Assembly (NCBI GenBank): GCA_951406725.2
Contig: OX597820.1
Coordinates: forward strand, 36,146,001 to 36,210,000
Source of the DNA: Octopus vulgaris
Lineage: Eukaryota
Reading direction: 5' to 3'
DNA length: 64,000 nucleotides
Below are positions 50,317-63,211 of this stretch, in pieces. The position numbers and the translations under genes are program-made. Below the pieces are notes generated by a model. The model was given only the letters and a program-made list of their open reading frames with translations. It was not told the origin of the DNA and did not search any database. The stretch's first letter is position 1, and the number at the start of each line of letters is the position of its first letter.

Positions 50317-51556
50317 ATGAATATATTAACGAGGCATTGTTTTACAGTCAGATACCCTTCCTGTCACTAACCATTGCTTGTTTTTCACATAATGGATTTC
50401 TTACTTCATACATCTTCAAAGACATAAAGATGTTCACAAGAAAATGACAGCAACACCACTGCACATAGCTTGGGGGTTTTCAGAGAAATGCTAATGTAAA
50501 TAAATGGGCAAACTCACACATGTACATGCATGCACAAACACACGCACACACACACACACACGCACACACATACACACACACACACATACACACACATGGA
50601 TGCATGCATATGTAGTGAAACATACAGCTGGTATAATGTGTTGATGTGACTGTGTGTATGTTATCACAAGGGTTCATGCAGAGATGGAAAGAATAAATAC
50701 AAGATCTATACATTTACTACATAAAAATATAATTTTATTCTTTTTTCGATGATGATCCATGAAACCAAATTGTAGTAGCTAGTTGAAGAAATCTTATGCA
50801 AGAAAGTTCAGGAAATGTAGAACAACAGCAAAGTGGTGGCTTTCAGTCATCTTGGCTATAGAGAAAGATACAGGCATATCAACAATGTGAATGGCTGTAA
50901 GTCAGATTGACTAAGAAGTAAAATGCTGGGTTAGCAAGCTGTTTTTATTTATGGAACGCTAGACATTCTAGAAACGCCAAACTTCATGAATAATTAAGAA
51001 TCCTATCTCATGATATTGATGCTGCGAGAAGCTTAGGAAGGGAGGTTACTCTATGATCTTACTTGCAAGGGAGATCATTCAACTATCTACATACACCACT
51101 ACACATACATACTCATGTATGTGCACTCACACAGACATACATACATATAATATTGATTTCAAATTTCGACATAAGACCAGCAGGTTTGAAGAAGGAGCCA
51201 AGTCAATTCTATCAACCCCAGTGTTCAACTGCTACTTATTTTATCAACTCCAAAAGAATAAAAGGCAATGTTGACCCCAGCAGAATTTGAACTGAGAACT
51301 TAAAGTCAGATTAAGTGCCACTAAGCATTTTGTCTGGCATGACAGTGATTCTGCCAGCTCACCACCTCACATACATATAATATTAATGTTTATTTTTTAT
51401 GTCGAGTTATGTATAAAAAGAATTTAGCTCTAAACTTAAAGAGCACTCCATACTTTCTAGTAGAGTCTATGTTTATTAAACTTTTACTAGCAGTAAGATG
51501 ATAGTCACTTCAAAATTTCAGTTTGCAAGCCTTCATCAGTTTGTACAGATACATAC

Positions 51557-51600
<44 letters not shown>

Positions 51601-52382
51601 GTATTTTACTAGGGAAGGCCGATTTATGAGGTTACCCTGGGTTTTCCATCCATCCTCAGACCCCAAGACTTGTTGGCCTAAGACCTCTTTAAAATACAGA
51701 GGGGATTAGATCATGCACAGCAGTGACAGGAAGAGGTCAGAGGGCAACTGAACAGCGTGAAGGCAAGACATGTGTGCATGAGGAAGAGACAAGAACGTCC
51801 ACGTGGGTAGTGAGAGAATATTCCCTCCAGATCGACAGATAAGAAAGCGTGAATTCTCCTTTTTCCTAATTTCCCCTTCATTCTACAAAATCTAGTTCAA
51901 GACACTTGCCCAAAGTACCACACATGGGACTGAACCTGAAACTACAATGTTGAGAAGTGAGCTTCTTAACCACACAGCCATACATCTGTCATATATGGAA
52001 ACAAGTGGTGAGCTGGCAGAAACGTTAGTGCGCCGGGCGAAATGCTTAGCGGTATTTCGTCTGTCGTTACGTTCTGAGTTCAAATTCTGCTGAGGTCGAC
52101 TTTGCCTTTCATCCTTTCGGGGTCGATAAATAAAGTACCAGTTTCGCACTGGGGTCGATGTAATCGACTTAATCACTTTGTCTGTCCTTGTTTGTCCCCT
52201 CTATGTTTAGCCCCTTGTGGGCAGTAAAGAAATATATATGGAAACAAGCTCCAGTTTAGTATCTTTATACTTCTGTCACAAAAATAGATTCTGCACAGTA
52301 ACACATCCTGTATAACGTCCAGTCACCTGATCACCTGCCATTGTATATTACATGATATTTCTTTTCTATTGATCTTTTCTAG

Positions 52383-52475
52383 CTGCTTAAACATGAACAA
52401 GAAACAATTGACTTTGTGAATGCCCTGGAGGAGAAATTAGTAAAACTGAATTATTTGAAATCTCAAAGGCAAAAG
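52383..52475 (+). CDS. CCDC178: CCDC178-like exon 11
   Basis: ttctag|ctg ctt...caa aag|gtaaac. 93 nt, phase 0/0. Confidence 0.85.
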
Positions 52476-53299
52476 GTAAACTTGATATTTCTAAAAGTTG
52501 GAAGGTAATACTTTGTTAAATGATGTTTTTTTTTTTTTCACATTTATCAAGGTGCAGACATCATTGCGTGGTTAAGAAGTTTGTTCCCAAACTACATGGT
52601 TTTGAGTTCACCACTTCTACAATGGCCCCATTGTAGTTGAGACACTAGATGTATTCAGCCTTAGATATTTCCCGGGATCCAAGGACAATATTATCAATGG
52701 CTTCTTCATATTTCCCACATTGTGAGCCTGTAGATGACCAAAGTAACTAGGAACCCAGTTATCTTGTTCTTCCACATATTTAATGGCCCAGCAGAAAAGA
52801 TAGTAAACTATTTCCTCTTAGAACATGAGTTCATATCTTGCTACATGCAGTCGGTTCACTGTGTCACTGGGTTGTGTGAAATATGATTAGTTTTATGGCA
52901 AGAAGACAACAAATAAGGTCCACAAATTTACAATGTGCATTTGTTTGGCTTTGAGACATTTCAGTTTAAGGATTTGTTTCCTCATTTGACAGATTCACAT
53001 GCTACAATTCCCTGAGACATTCAGTCTTAAACTGTAATGTTATAGCTGGACAACTATATTAAACAGGAGAGGACTAAGAACCAAGCCTTGAGAGATACCC
53101 ATCAACACATGATGTACAATGTGTATATGTGTGCACATGTTTGTGCACATATGTTTTTTGTTTGTTTGTTTGTATGTGTATATGAGTTGTTGATTTTGAC
53201 AGGATTTGAACTCAGAGCACAAAAAGTCAAATAAATATTGCAAGGCATTTTATCTAATGCCCCATCAACTCTTCCAGTTTGTCACCCCACCTTATTGTG

Positions 53300-53843
53300 A
53301 GAGATCTCCTCGGTGACCAAAGGGCGAATCTACCAGGCCTTCATTTGTACTATCTTCCTCTATGGCAGTGAAACATGGCCTATGAGGGTTAGTCGATCAG
53401 CAAAGGCTGGAAGTGTTCGACAATGACTGTCTCTGCCGCATTCTTTGCTGCCGACGCATTGATCGGGTTCCTACAGCTGGACTTCATCATCGCCTGAATC
53501 TCTGGCCCCTCCCTTCAGTGCTTCTACAATGGCACTTAAGGTGGTTTGGTCATGCGGCCTGGTGTCCAGAGCGATGTCCTCCTCCCACTTCCACTTCCCA
53601 GCTGGCGCAAACGCACGGGCAGGCAGCTGAAGACCTGAGCAGTGACGATAAAGGAGGACCTCTCCGAACTATCAGGTCCGCAGGTGGTCAGTCTGCACAG
53701 ATGGAACCACGAATTGCTCGCTGTCTCCAGTGACCTCGCAGAGGACTGTCGAGCATGGGCCACCATGGTTCATGATGCCGTCAGGACCAGAGAAGAAGCT
53801 GGCTCAACCTGCCCTGGGTGAACACTGTCACAAGTACAAAGTA
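53300..53843 (+). mobile_element. RTE-type LINE 3' fragment with 12-bp TSD
   Basis: LYGSETW, VFDNDCL, LRWFGH and a (caagta)-type tail. caccttattgtg at 53288-53299 and 53844-53855. Confidence 0.88.
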
Positions 53844-53989
53844 CACCTTATTGTGTATCTAGAAGTAATATACTCTCTCTAGGACTATTGTTTAATGTGT
53901 TCAAATTTGGCTCTTTTTTTCCCCAGAGAATGAATGCTCACATAAAGAACTTCCTATCAGCTGATAATTTTTTAAATTTCTTTTTGCAG

Positions 53990-54103
53990 GTCATAGAGTC
54001 TTTAATGCAGAAGAAAAAGAACCTTGAAAATAAATTCGATGAAAGGCTTCAAGATGATAATGGTTATTTGGAGAAGCTAACTCCATACAAGGAAATGTTA
54101 AGT
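53990..54103 (+). CDS. CCDC178: CCDC178-like exon 12
   Basis: ttgcag|gtc ata...tta agt|gtaagt. 114 nt, phase 0/0. Confidence 0.85.
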
Positions 54104-55192
54104 GTAAGTAAAATTATTGTTTTTTGTTTTATTTTATACTTTTCAATGTTTTTTTTAGTTTGTTCAGGCAGTAGGAGCAGTGGCCATGGTCTTTGTAGGA
54201 TCTAAACTTCTGAGACAGACAGAGTTGATATTTCTCTTCTTCAACAGCTGAAAGTTAACAGCCACAGAAAAAAGGGGGCTAGGCCAAGATTCTAGAAGCC
54301 TGATGTTCTAGGAAGGAAAGACTGGATGTGATGGTTAGAGTGGGGCCTGGTAGTGTAGACCCAATGTAGGTGAAAGAAGAGGAGGAAGGACAGGATATAG
54401 TTGAGAGATTAAGGATTTGTGAGGATAGACCCAATGTGTGTGTGGAGGAGGGGAGGAGAGGAAACAAGTCAGTCAAAATTACATGTGTAGAAGTTGAACA
54501 AAAATAGTTGGGTCCAAGGAGTAGAGGCCACTGGAGATTGGAGTGGTGCTAGAAGGACACAGGATGTCTGTAGATCAGAAGCTGAAGCATGCTGGTGAAT
54601 AATTTCATACCAACTAAACAGGTGGCCATTTTTGTTGAATGTAGTCTTGTATGGCTGTGAGTGTCACATGAGTTTGTAGAGAGTTAGGGAGAAATCATTT
54701 TCTAGCTCTGAAGAAGAAGGCCAGTATTGGCCATGTTGAGGATGTGTGTTGACTAGATGAGACCCTCAATGATAGTGGTGCTTTGTATATATAATTTAAA
54801 CAAAGTAGCTGCATACTCTTTTGCTGTTTACTTTGAAACTTTTCTGTTCTAGGCTTTGTAATTTCTTCTCTAAATCTTCAACACATTTAGTTGTTAGAAC
54901 TAGGCCATCACCTCTCAACTCCTGGCATAAAACTGCTTTCCATCAATACTACACCCACACTCAGCGGAGGAGTTTTGTCTTGCAAGTTACTTGGTAATTT
55001 TATAAGTGCTAGTGTGACAAAAGAAAGAAAAAGCACTCAGTATACTTTGTAAAGTGGTTGGAGTTAGGAAGAACATCCGGCCATAGAAACCATGCCAAGA
55101 CTGACCTTAGAGTTTGTCAGATCCTACCAAACCATCCAACCCATGACAGCAAATAAGAACATTAAATAATGATAATTATGATGATAGTGATG

Positions 55193-55241
<49 letters not shown>

Positions 55242-55256
55242 TGTGTGCGTGTGTGT

Positions 55257-55295
<39 letters not shown>

Positions 55296-55325
55296 TAATT
55301 TTACACATGTATACAAACATCTGTC

Positions 55326-55356
<31 letters not shown>

Positions 55357-55373
55357 TTCTCTCACTCTCTCTT

Positions 55374-55420
<47 letters not shown>

Positions 55421-56587
55421 GTGATCACCGTTACCGACCAGGCTATCAGATGTTGCTACACATCACTGGTCACAATGCGCTTTGCATTGTTTTAGCCTTC
55501 AAATGACGCCACCCCGCTGGCTAAGTGAGCAGGTCAATGTATATATATATATATACAGAGAGAGAGAGAGAGAGAGAATGTTTCTCAAAGGGGAGGTCTA
55601 TGGGACGGTGGACAAGTTGTTTTGAGAAAATTTGGTTTAAATGTTTGACAACTCAGCACCATCCATTGGACGTGGGAGGGGTGTTTTGCTCATGTTGAAT
55701 ATATTGATATCTATCTGTGCATGAGCATGAGCATGCATGTGTGTGCTTGTGTCCATGTATGTATGAAAGAGCATGTGTGTGTGTGAGTGTGTGTGTGAGT
55801 GCATGTCTGTGTCTCAATGTGTCTTTATGTGTGTGCATTCATATGTGTGTGAGTTCCTGTGTATTTGTATGTACATGTGTACTTCTGTATGCGTGTTTCC
55901 ATGTATGTGTGTATGCGTATATATGTGTGTCTGTGTGGGTGTGAGGCCATGTCTGTGTCCTTGTTTGTCTTTGCATGTGTGTGTGTATGTGTGTGTATCT
56001 ATTCGTGTGTGTGTGTGCGTGTATCCATTCGTGTGTGTGCGTATGTGTGTATATGTATGTGTGTGTCCATGCATCTTTGTAAGGTCTCTACCTAATGAGA
56101 GTATTTACTATTAAAAACTGGTCATGTTGCGTCCTGTTGTCTTGACAGGATTTCTATGCTAATCCGGTTCAGCACACAACCATGTTATTCTTTGGCATGC
56201 TGGTAGAGTATCAAGGTTTGTTTTTGATCCCTGTACTCCTTCCAATGCTTATTTATACACTCAGCCAAACCTCTCGCTGTTTTTCCTATGTATGCAGTCT
56301 TCTGGTTTTTACAATCACCATCCATGCCGTTTATTTGGTAAACCACACATATATATATATTGTGTTACAGTAAGAAACAGTGCACAGTACCAGAATGTTT
56401 TACTCAAGTCAAATATAACAAAATATTCCAAACTGTTGTTAGTGTATCTGTAATGGACGCATTTTGTGTTATATATTATGCAAACCTGAGACATGTTTTA
56501 AAAGTAAACGATCTCAAAATAAATCTTTTTGTTTTGACATCATTACTATAGCTATATATGTATATATAAATATGTATATATAATTAT

Positions 56588-56918
56588 ATATAATTGTTAA
56601 AAAAGACAACAAACGTTAAGGCAAAACAAACATCTCAAGTCATATATGTTATTATTATTGGAAAAATTCAAAGTCTTACAGCTGTTTCTGGGATATCCCA
56701 GAGTATGGGATATTCTGTCATCGGAGACAAATAGAGAAAATGAGAAGGTTATAGATTAATGAAGCGAGAAGGGTATATTTGTCTCCGATGACAGAATATC
56801 CCATACTCTGAGATATCCCAGAAACAGCTGTAAGACTTTGAATTTTTCTAATGATAATGTATATGACATGAGATGTTTGTCTTGCCTTAACATTTGTTGC
56901 TCTCTATAACGATTATAT
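56588..56918. repeat. Inverted repeat (~145-bp arms, ~42-bp spacer); each arm carries a variant minimal hammerhead
   Basis: gtct CCGATGA ... GAAA cagctg TA agac at 56781-56836(+) and 56673-56728(-). Confidence 0.85.
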
Positions 56919-57129
56919 GTCTGCTATATCGGAAATCTACAATGGTTCCATAACTTCCATCTCGGCTATAACCTTGGAGCCATGGTAATCTGTTACAGCA
57001 CTTACCCAGCACACCTAGTCGTTGAGATCACCTGTGAACTAAACCCCCATATTTTTTTTAATATGTATGTGTGTGTGTGTACATATTCTTTTACTTGTTT
57101 CAGTCCTTGACTGTGGCCAGGCTGGAGCA

Positions 57130-57167
<38 letters not shown>

Positions 57168-57183
57168 TAGTACATACATATGT

Positions 57184-57220
<37 letters not shown>

Positions 57221-57226
57221 TATGTA

Positions 57227-58491
57227 TTGGGTTCCCCGGAAAGTTTGTGCTGATTTATAGCAGCTTACCTTTCGACTTATTTTAGAACATGGTTGAGTCC
57301 ATAAAATAGGATTTGACTACATCTCCATTTAGAGCACAGTTTAAGCTATCTTTTCATGGAAGAAGCTTTATGTTCTTATAACCTGTGTTAATTTTGTAAC
57401 CCCTTAAAATGGAAGATAAGAAAGTTCATTTTTGGCAATTGATGCCTTTCTTTTTCGGTAAAGGTAAAAATGCCTCACAAGCAACCAAAGAAATATGCGC
57501 AGTTTATGGCGATGTTTCTTTATCCGAAAGAACGGTATGGAAGTGGTTTGCAAGGTTCCAAGCTGGAGATTGTAGCCTTATTGATAAAGAGCGATCAGGC
57601 AGGCCATCCACTACAGATGATGACCAAATCAAGTCATTAATTGAGAATAATTCACATTGCACAACCCGAGAATTGGCAGAAAGCTTCAACCTATCAAAAT
57701 CTGTCATTCATGAGCACCTGGTAAAGCTTGGGTACACAAATTGCTACGATGTTTGGGTACCACATGAGTTGAGTGAGAAGAACCTTTTGGATCACATTTC
57801 CATCTGTGATTCGCTTTATGAACAGAATGAAAATGCATTTAAAGCAAATTGTGACAGGTGATGAGAAATGGATTATCTACCAAAATGTTCAGAGAAAGTA
57901 ATCCTGGAGTAAGCGACATGAACCACCTTTAGCCACCCCCAAAAGCGGATCTTCTTGCTTTGTGTCTGGTGGGATTGGAATGGAATTCTGTACTATGAGC
58001 TTCTCCCAAGTAATCAGACAATTAATTCTGAGAAATATTACACTCAACTGAACGAGTTAATAGCAGCAATTCAAGAGAAACGTCCAGAATTGGCCAACAG
58101 GAAGGTGTTGTTTTCCAATATGATAATGCAAGACCGCAGGTTTCTTTGGGAACCAGACAAAAATTGCTGCAGCTCGGCTGGGATGTGTTACCCCACCCTC
58201 CATATTCACCAGATATTGCTCCTTTGGATTTACACTTATTCAGGTCTCTGCAGAATAGTCTTAATGGTAAAAATTTCAATTCCTTGGATGACGTAAAAAG
58301 ATACCTTGATGAATTCTTTGCCATGAGACCACCTCACATCTGGGAAGAGGGTATTTTCAAGTTAAAGGAAAGATGGAGACGCATTTTGCAACAAAATGGT
58401 TCATATTTGGTTGATTTAAAATGTAATGGCAAGTATTTATTGACCTTTTTCTTTCTTTTAAAAATCGGCACAAACTTTCCTGACAACCCAA
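57227..58491 (+). mobile_element. Full-length (1265 bp) degenerate mariner
   Basis: TA-flanked TIRs. Motifs RTVWKWFARF, WVPHEL, VTGDEKW, LCVWWDW, HPPYSPDIAP, with frameshifts. Confidence 0.95.
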
Positions 58492-58742
58492 TATATTTAG
58501 TGGTGTTGTGTCAAGTGTTATTTACAATTTTGTTCATTTTGAGGACTCCTCAACATATACACTATTGCACTATGTATATTGATTTCAGTTCTTGATTTTC
58601 AAAACTTTCCTCTACACATCAGTGTAGTATCATCATATCCTTTGTTGTGAATTCCTGTCTATTTAGCTCTATGTGTGAACCATTTCTAAAAATTTCTTTA
58701 GTCGAATTTTATTCCCTTTTAACATTGTCATCCTTCTTGCAG

Positions 58743-58888
58743 GAGAATGTATTTTATTTGGAAAAGAAAGAGAGTGAAATCATAGAAATGGAGAGTTCGA
58801 TGAAAACTCAAGTTAAAACCATGGAACTACAGAAGAATGCTTTCAGCACAGTAACTGTTAAGTTGAAAGGAAACATCAGGAAGAATCG
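58743..58888 (+). CDS. CCDC178: CCDC178-like exon 13
   Basis: ttgcag|gag aat...aat cg|gtaagt. Phase 0/2. Confidence 0.85.
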
Positions 58889-59064
58889 GTAAGTTGGTGC
58901 TTTGGATTTTTAATGCTGTCAGTTTCAGTTTGTAGTAACTTTTACCTCCATTTCTGTACCATTTCAGACTGTATCACCAATGTACCAAAAGCATTACCAT
59001 TATCATCATCAATATCATTATTACCATCACTATCCTTGCTGTCACCATCAAGATGTGGAATCAT

Positions 59065-59750
59065 ACTTGGTTGGTTGGTTGGTTGGTTGGTTGGTAAGCA
59101 TCACAGAGGGCCTCAGATTTAGACTCAAACAAGCTGAAAAATATGGGATCTTGAAAATGTCCAGTCTGTTAAGTATTAATTTATGGCTGGATTGGTTGAT
59201 TGGTTGGTCGGTTGGTATTATTTAATTGATTTGTTGGTTGGATGGTTGGTTCGGTGGCTGGCTGACTGGCTGGCTGACTGGCTGGCTGGCTGGTTGGTTG
59301 GTTTGTTGGTTGAGTACTAGTTTGGTTAGTTGGTTAGTTAATTGAGTAATAGGTTGGTTAGTTGGTTAGTTGGTTGGTTTGTAAGCACCACAGAGAGCTC
59401 CAGATTTTTAAACAGGTAGATCAAAAGATATAGAATCTTGTGTTGGTCCTATCTATTAAGCATTGACTTACAGTTGGATTGGTTGGTTTGTTAGTTGGTT
59501 GGTTAGTTGGTTTATTGGCTGGTTGACTAGTTTGGTTAGTTCGTTGGTTGGTTGCTTGCTTGCTTGCTTCATAGGTAGGTTGGTTAGTAGGCTTGTTGGC
59601 TTGTTGGCTGGTTGATTGGTTGGTTGGTTGGTTGGTTGGTTGGATGATTATTTGATTGGTTGATTGATTAGTTGGTTGATTGGTTTATTGGCTGGTTGAT
59701 TGGTTTATTGGTAAGTTGATTGGTTTATTGGTAAGTTGATTATTTGTTTA
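59065..59750. repeat. Degenerate (TTGG)n tract with an embedded duplicated segment
   Basis: gtaagca.cacagag.g..cagattt at ~59094 and ~59381. Confidence 0.85.
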
Positions 59751-60478
59751 GTTGTCATTTTTTAATAACCACATCTAATTTGTTAATGTTCTTTAGAATT
59801 AGGTTAATTGTATTAAATCTTTATTTAAATATGATTTATAATAAAACTGTAATGAATGAAAAAATTTCTGTAGTTTTTGATAGGTTCTTCAGTCTGTGAG
59901 GCTCATAGCCATTTCTTGTTTAGTTTACTGCTTATTCCATTCTTGACCATAGTTTGTATGTATATACTAGTGTTTTATATATATATTGAGAAAATATACG
60001 TTGTGTATACATTGAGAGAATATATTGTGTGTGCAAGTTTAATGATAGTTTCAACATCGACACTAAGATTAAGTGATTTCCTGGACTTCAACAGACTTCC
60101 TCTGTTTTTAGGTAACTCCTGAAACAGAACAACTGACTAAATCTCCTGTTAAACCTAACCATAACACTGTGATTCCAATTAACCGAATTCTTCGCTGTCA
60201 CCTACTGTCTAATAGTGGCTGTCTCTCTGATAAGGCCTCTGTTTCATAGCTAGACATATGTGGCTATCATTAATGCCCTCACCCTCATACCAGTGATGTT
60301 ATGTATCTCATTGTGTATAATAAATATACTGTTATTTTATCTCATAAAGTATATACTTGATATGTTTTTATATGTCTCACATTCAGCAGATATACTGTTA
60401 TATTGTTGTTTATACTGATATATGTAATATTAATAATCTGCCTCTGTACATATATATATATATATGCATATATATATG

Positions 60479-60521
<43 letters not shown>

Positions 60522-61340
60522 AGGGGTTAATGTATTTATATCATTTTCATTATTGTCATCTTTTAATGTCCAATTTTGGCATGGGATGGTCAGTTTGACG
60601 GGATTCAACAACATGGAGGATTACATTGAACTCCAGTGTTTTCAAGGGCTTGGTTTTTATGGCTGATGCCCTTGCTAATGACACCACTTTACAGAGTGTA
60701 CTAGGCACTTTTCTTCATGGATGGAGCACTAGTGAAGTAACTAAATAAGTTGTAATACGAAGAAAATACCCCTCAACTGAGTAGGGTTGTGGTAGAAAGG
60801 AAAGTGGAACAGGTGTCTAGCAATGTAGGAGCTACATGACTACTCCTACCTTAAATATTAGGGTGAGAGTTATAGAAAAGATAAAGATAGTAGTGAAGAG
60901 ATGTCAGAGCTTACTCTCAGGGTATAAAAAGGTGAATATAAGACAGAATATAGACAAAGAGTTGGGAACAGTGAGAAGGTTTGTAAGAGGGAAAGAAAAG
61001 TGTCAGATGGTTTGAGATGGAGTGGGTGAGAAGAGGTGAATGTACTGAAGGGTGATTGTAGAGGTGTGGTTGATGGTAAATATCAGTTTAGGGTAAGGTG
61101 AAAGAAATAGGAAGGAGGAGGTGATACATGGAAGTACAAGAAGGGTGGAGAACTGCAATATAATAGCCTGTAGATAGATCAAAGATGATGTGTGATGTGG
61201 GAAAGTGGAGAGAGAGAGAGGAGAGAAGAAAGAGAGGTCAGATGTAAGCCAAATTGCTCACTTTGGTTACATGCAAAATGGTGTGAGAACCATCTGCTGG
61301 TATGTCCCAACATTTCATACCATGGAAAAAATTCAAATAT

Positions 61341-61554
61341 GAATGAGAAGCAGCCTGAGAAATATAAACAATATCGAACACATATACACAAGGTATGTGT
61401 CTATTGCCTGTTTGTGGGCAGCTTGTGATATCTAGGCATGAAAGAAAATTTTCTCTCATGCCTATAAATCGCAGCCTGCCCACAAACTGGCAATACACAT
61501 ATCTAGTGTATGTGTATTCAATATTGTTTATATTCCTTGGACTGCTTCTCATTC
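61341..61554. mobile_element. 214-bp spacerless palindrome (MITE-like)
   Basis: gaatgagaagcag...gaaaa|ttttc...ctgcttctcattc, with aaatat on both sides. Confidence 0.8.
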
Positions 61555-61764
61555 AAATATATATATATATGGTGTAAACAGAGTTAGCAGTTATAGTAAC
61601 TGACCAAGGGATAAAATATCAGTATATACTATCGGTATCCGTTACCTGTATTATCCGTGAGCATTGGCGTGCAGGTACACCATGCACATAGAGTGCAGAT
61701 AACAACTAGATAAACAAGAGTTTATCACGAACCAATGCAAATAACTAGAAAATGGAGAAAACCA

Positions 61765-62945
61765 CAAGCGCCTGGAGGAAGTAGTACTGCCCTGGCTCAA
61801 AAGGGTGGCTGCTGGAAGATCCTATGTCTGGCAAGAAGATCCTGCACCATGCCACACAAGCAGGAGAACCCAGTCATGGCTGTCAGACAATTTCTGCGAC
61901 CACATCACCCCTAACATTTGGCCAGTTAGGTGGCCAAATGTTAGGGGTGATGCTGACATGGTTGCTACATTAGAGGATGACGTTCTTGCTTTATCAACAG
62001 TGCAAAAGTGGGCAGCTGAATTTAGGAGGGGAAGGAGAGTCTTAAAGATGACCTAAGGTCTGGATGTGCAGCAACTGCCATCACTGACAAAAACATTCAT
62101 TGTGTTCACCACATGGTGATGGATAACAGGCAATTGACTATAAATCAAATTAACACATCCTGTGAGAAAGTTGAGAATATTCTGCACAATGAACTTGGCA
62201 TGACAAAAGTTTCTGCTCAGTGGGTGCCATATCTTCTGACACCTGACCAAAACAGCACCAGGCTGATCATATCACGGGAAAATCTGACATTGTTTGAGGC
62301 AGATCCAGCTGATTTCTTTGAATATTTTATAACCAAGGATGAGTATTGGGTTTATCAGTTTGAGCCAGAGACAAAGAGATAATCCATCTGCTCCAAACAA
62401 GGTCAATGTTGTTTCATCTGCAAGGAAGGTGGTGACCTCAGTTTTTTGGGATGCAAAAGTCATCATGTTTATTGACTATCTTCAAAAGGGCTTCACTATC
62501 AATGGAGAGTACTAAGCCAATTTGCCAGGGCAGTTACAAAAGGCTATTAAGACCAAATGGCCAAAAAGAGTCATGTTTCATCTGGACAATGCTCCAGCAC
62601 ACAAGTCCTTGGTTTCAATGGCTGCTACGCATGACAGCATCTTTAAAAAGGTTGATCACCCTCCCTATTCTCCTGATTTGGCCCAATCTGATTATAATCC
62701 GTCCCTCCATCATGAAAAAAACTCTTGGCTGGGAACCAGTATCACAGCGATGATGATGTTATATCAACTGTTGATGACAGTTTTTGAGCAACTGAATGAG
62801 AGCTTCTTCATGAATGGGATCCAAGCACTGTAACACTGATGGTAGCAGTATGTGAACTGCAAGAGGGACAATGTTGAAAGATAAAACCTCATTTGGTCAG
62901 ATTCCACGAGAGTATCTTAGTCATCTTAGTCAGCCTGTGAACTCC
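61765..62945 (+). mobile_element. maT/DD37D-like fragment (~61765-61925) joined to a 5'-truncated copy of the 14744-16012 mariner family
   Basis: YVWQEDPAPCHTSRRTQSWL..NIWP, then STVQKWAAEF, WVPYLLT, HLDNAPAH, HPPYSPDLAQSD. Confidence 0.85.
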
Positions 62946-63125
62946 TACTGTATGTGTGTAAAATCCAAAATTCTACATAATCCTACTTCAGACTGTGTAT
63001 AATCATCAATCTTTCTTTGTTTGTCTGTCTGACTCTCTTTCTCTACTCCCCCTACCCTCCTCTCTCTCTCTATCTCTATCTCTTTTTCTCTGATTATCTT
63101 TCTGTTTCTCTCTCTTTTTCTGCAG

Positions 63126-63211
63126 TATTTCAATGATGAATATCAAAACACAATTGCAAAAGATTGACGAAGGCTCAGTAGATTGTCTGAAGCGTCTGAA
63201 AGAGACACAAG
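63126..63211 (+). CDS. CCDC178: CCDC178-like exon 14 (donor position tentative; gene probably continues beyond the window)
   Basis: Pyrimidine tract ctgcag|t att tca atg...aca caa g|gtacag. The phase 2 start matches exon 13. Confidence 0.7.
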
